NCBI GenBank assembly: GCA_965178125.1
Contig: OZ237775.1
Coordinates: 310,001 to 374,000 of the forward strand
DNA from: Bilabrum cf. latius
Lineage: Eukaryota
Direction: 5' to 3'
Length of the DNA: 64,000 nucleotides
Both the position numbers and the translations under genes were made by a program. Of the stretch, positions 61,801-64,000 are shown piece by piece (position 1 is the stretch's first letter; every line of letters starts with the position of its first letter). The notes below the pieces were generated by a model. That model was not told where the DNA came from. It searched no databases and saw nothing but the letters and a program-made list of their open reading frames with translations.

Positions 61801-63999
61801 GCTGGGACAAACGTGCACCGAATCCTATTCTTCACTGCCTACATTACTATCATCTTGTTTGAACCCGACTGCCAAGGCGAACCGGGTCTCGGCCGCTGGC
61901 ATGAAGCTGGCTGTGCTGTAGCCCTGCTTCCAGGCTTCTTCCACACTAGCGAAACCATCTTCCACATCTAGGGGAATATCGAGATTAGAAACCGTTGTTG
62001 ACCCACCAATGAATGCTAAGGATTGACCGAATCCTTCGAATGCCCCGGCCCCAGTCGCACGAGCTGCCAGCGCTGCTTCTCTTCCCAGGCCCCTGCTTGC
62101 AACCCACCCCGGCACACCACGAAGACCTGCGTGATTCACTGCTGGTGCAATGGCATTGACATGCAGTACGCGCGCCTAGATATTGCCAGACTCTCCAAAG
62201 GTGGGTAGCACATCTGCTAGCACGACCCGGCCCTACCCCTCGAATGCACCGGGGGCACCAATGGCGAGAATGATCCGGCCATCTGCTCCTGCTGGCCGTT
62301 CACCAGACAGTGAAGCCCTCGGAAGCACAGACAAGCTTGCACCAAACATGTAACTCTCGCTGGCGCACCCCAGCACTCCAGACATGATCTAGAATCCACT
62401 GCAATCAGTTGCTTCTAGCCGAGCCACAGACACAACTGGCTACTGCGAGTCTAGCGAGCTTCCAACGCCGTCGAACTTGGACCGAGGAGAACTATCGACT
62501 GAAAACGAGAGCCTCAAAGCCATAATCTCGACAACTCCTTTCTGCGAATCTTCCTTTGGAAGCCCAGTCGCTATCAAGTGCACCCCGCTTCTTGCCAGTG
62601 GAGCAACTGCGCCGCCCGCGGCAGCGCTATAAATCGGATATGTCCTACCAAGGGAAGCCACCGAGGCGCCAAGCGACACATCGGTGGTCTTGATACTTAA
62701 AGCGTTGTCAATTTCCGATGAGACAATGGAAGATGCCACCACCTGCACCTGGGGTGCCTTTAAGCCCTAGCCTGCACCCTCTTGGGTGTTAGTGATGAAA
62801 ACAATCGCAATGGCACCCTAGCCGCCGGTTGCATCGACAGCTCCCTGCTTGAACAATGGTACACCCATGGCGACTGCTGTGACTGGCGCTAGCACGACAT
62901 GCTTTTTGGTCGTGCCGCAGCTCTCGGACGGCATGGCAGGGAAGCCAGCGAGTGTCACCTCTGGCAAGGATCTAAACCTTGCGACATCCAATGCTCCTTC
63001 TTGGTTAAAGTACATGCTAGAGTTTTGATCGTCCGCCAGACAAGCCCCAAGGTACAGGCCACCGCCAAGGATATCGAGGGATGTCACAGATGCCCCATCG
63101 GTAGATTCCCATTCAGGGTTTGTGAGCTCTGTACGGTGGGATGCCGCAGCGTTGATGGCTGGTGCCAGGGACACGCCAGCAACAGGCTGTGCGCTGGAAA
63201 TCGTGCCACTAGAGCTGCGTAGGCCGTGCACGAACGGTGACGATAGCAGCAATGGCTTTCCATTTGACTCGGCAGCTGACATGATCGTTGATGCTCCTGA
63301 TTGCGTACTTGATGCGGGTCGCAGTCCAGAAGAGTTGGCATTGCTGCCAAGCGCGCCCTGCAGGCCCTAATCAGTGAGTGACGGGTGACTGCCGACACCG
63401 TATGACACACACCCTGAGCATACTGCCGTGACATGCCCAACCACCGCTGTCCTTCCGAAGAGAGAGGACCGCACCATTGACTGGCTGGAAGTATAACCGG
63501 AGGAGCCAGTCGGCTAGCCTGATGTAGATGCACCCACGTCACACACTGGACTATCGGCGGGAATGGCAAGTCCACGCAGCAAGCTAGCAGCCTATTGCGC
63601 AGTCATGTCCGCCCACCCGGCGCTGCATCCATCCAGTACAATCGAGTACGTCACCTCAACATCGGTTGAGCTGCTGCTGCCAACTGGCACGGACGGAGCA
63701 CCTGGCGAGCCCAGGCACGTCACCCATGCCAGTGACTCAGGCCCTCCTCGAGGCATGCCCGATTGGAATCGCCCCATCGCGCCCACCTAGCACGGCGTCC
63801 CTCCGATCCTAATGCTCTCAAGCACAGCCCTCGCCCTCCTGGTGCCGATCGCCCCATCCGTTTGCACAGCACCACGACCGATAGAATCCGTCTCGTTCTA
63901 AACCAGCACGGGCGGCCAAATTCGCTGCATCGACTGCGACGCAAGCTCAGCACCTTGAACTTGACGTGACCCTTGGCCGTGGATGGCAGCCAGCAGCGG
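28855..63999 (-). CDS. 5'-partial giant intronless cell-surface multi-pass receptor-like protein (>=11,714 aa): FG-GAP-like repeats, C-type lectin domains, fucolectin/F5-8C-like domain, IPT/TIG repeats, mucin-like stalk, Cys-rich repeats, multi-TM domain and cytoplasmic tail
   Basis: 52 minus-strand track ORFs from 29455 to 63786 share one frame and all end in TAG. The gaps I read contain further TAGs but no TAA/TGA until TGA 28855-28857. Motifs: CPSGW..CYR..AQAACRALG; NLAEGRPA..KAVDG..PWWAVTL; VGAPG/IGAP; PAITEVSPSEAGPRDKITIRGVGFG; CMPCPEGAVC and CIEGHTGVLCQRCTPGYY; KIIFTHVQ..IDWP; YWEAVNLTRK. Confidence 0.85.
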
Positions 64000-64000
64000 A

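Noticed and set aside
28855-63999. Pseudogenisation or RIP-like C-to-T decay (CAG to TAG) as the source of the stops
   Set aside because: Such decay would also create TAA (from CAA), TGA (from CGA or TGG) and frameshifts. None were seen in more than 11,700 codons, and catalytic motifs in the other genes are intact.

Overview
Gene-dense, intron-poor eukaryotic (protist-like) nuclear DNA with about 10 protein-coding genes and five short GT-AG introns. The main result is a non-standard nuclear genetic code. The ORF track looks shattered only because TAG is treated as stop. Fragments line up in single frames, every break I checked is TAG, and genes end at TGA or TAA. UAG is therefore read as a sense codon (best guess Gln, Glu not excluded) while UAA remains a stop. 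Read this way, the window holds: a partial membrane protein; RAB3GAP2; a GRK-like kinase whose RGS domain is split by a ~890-aa insert; a ZNF830-like protein; mS34 and eS7 head-to-head; a Gfo/Idh/MocA oxidoreductase; a large J-domain protein; a DUF455 protein; and the 3' part of an intronless ORF of at least 35 kb (>11,700 aa) encoding a giant lectin/FG-GAP/IPT multi-pass surface receptor. All gene models were read by hand; no database searches were run.
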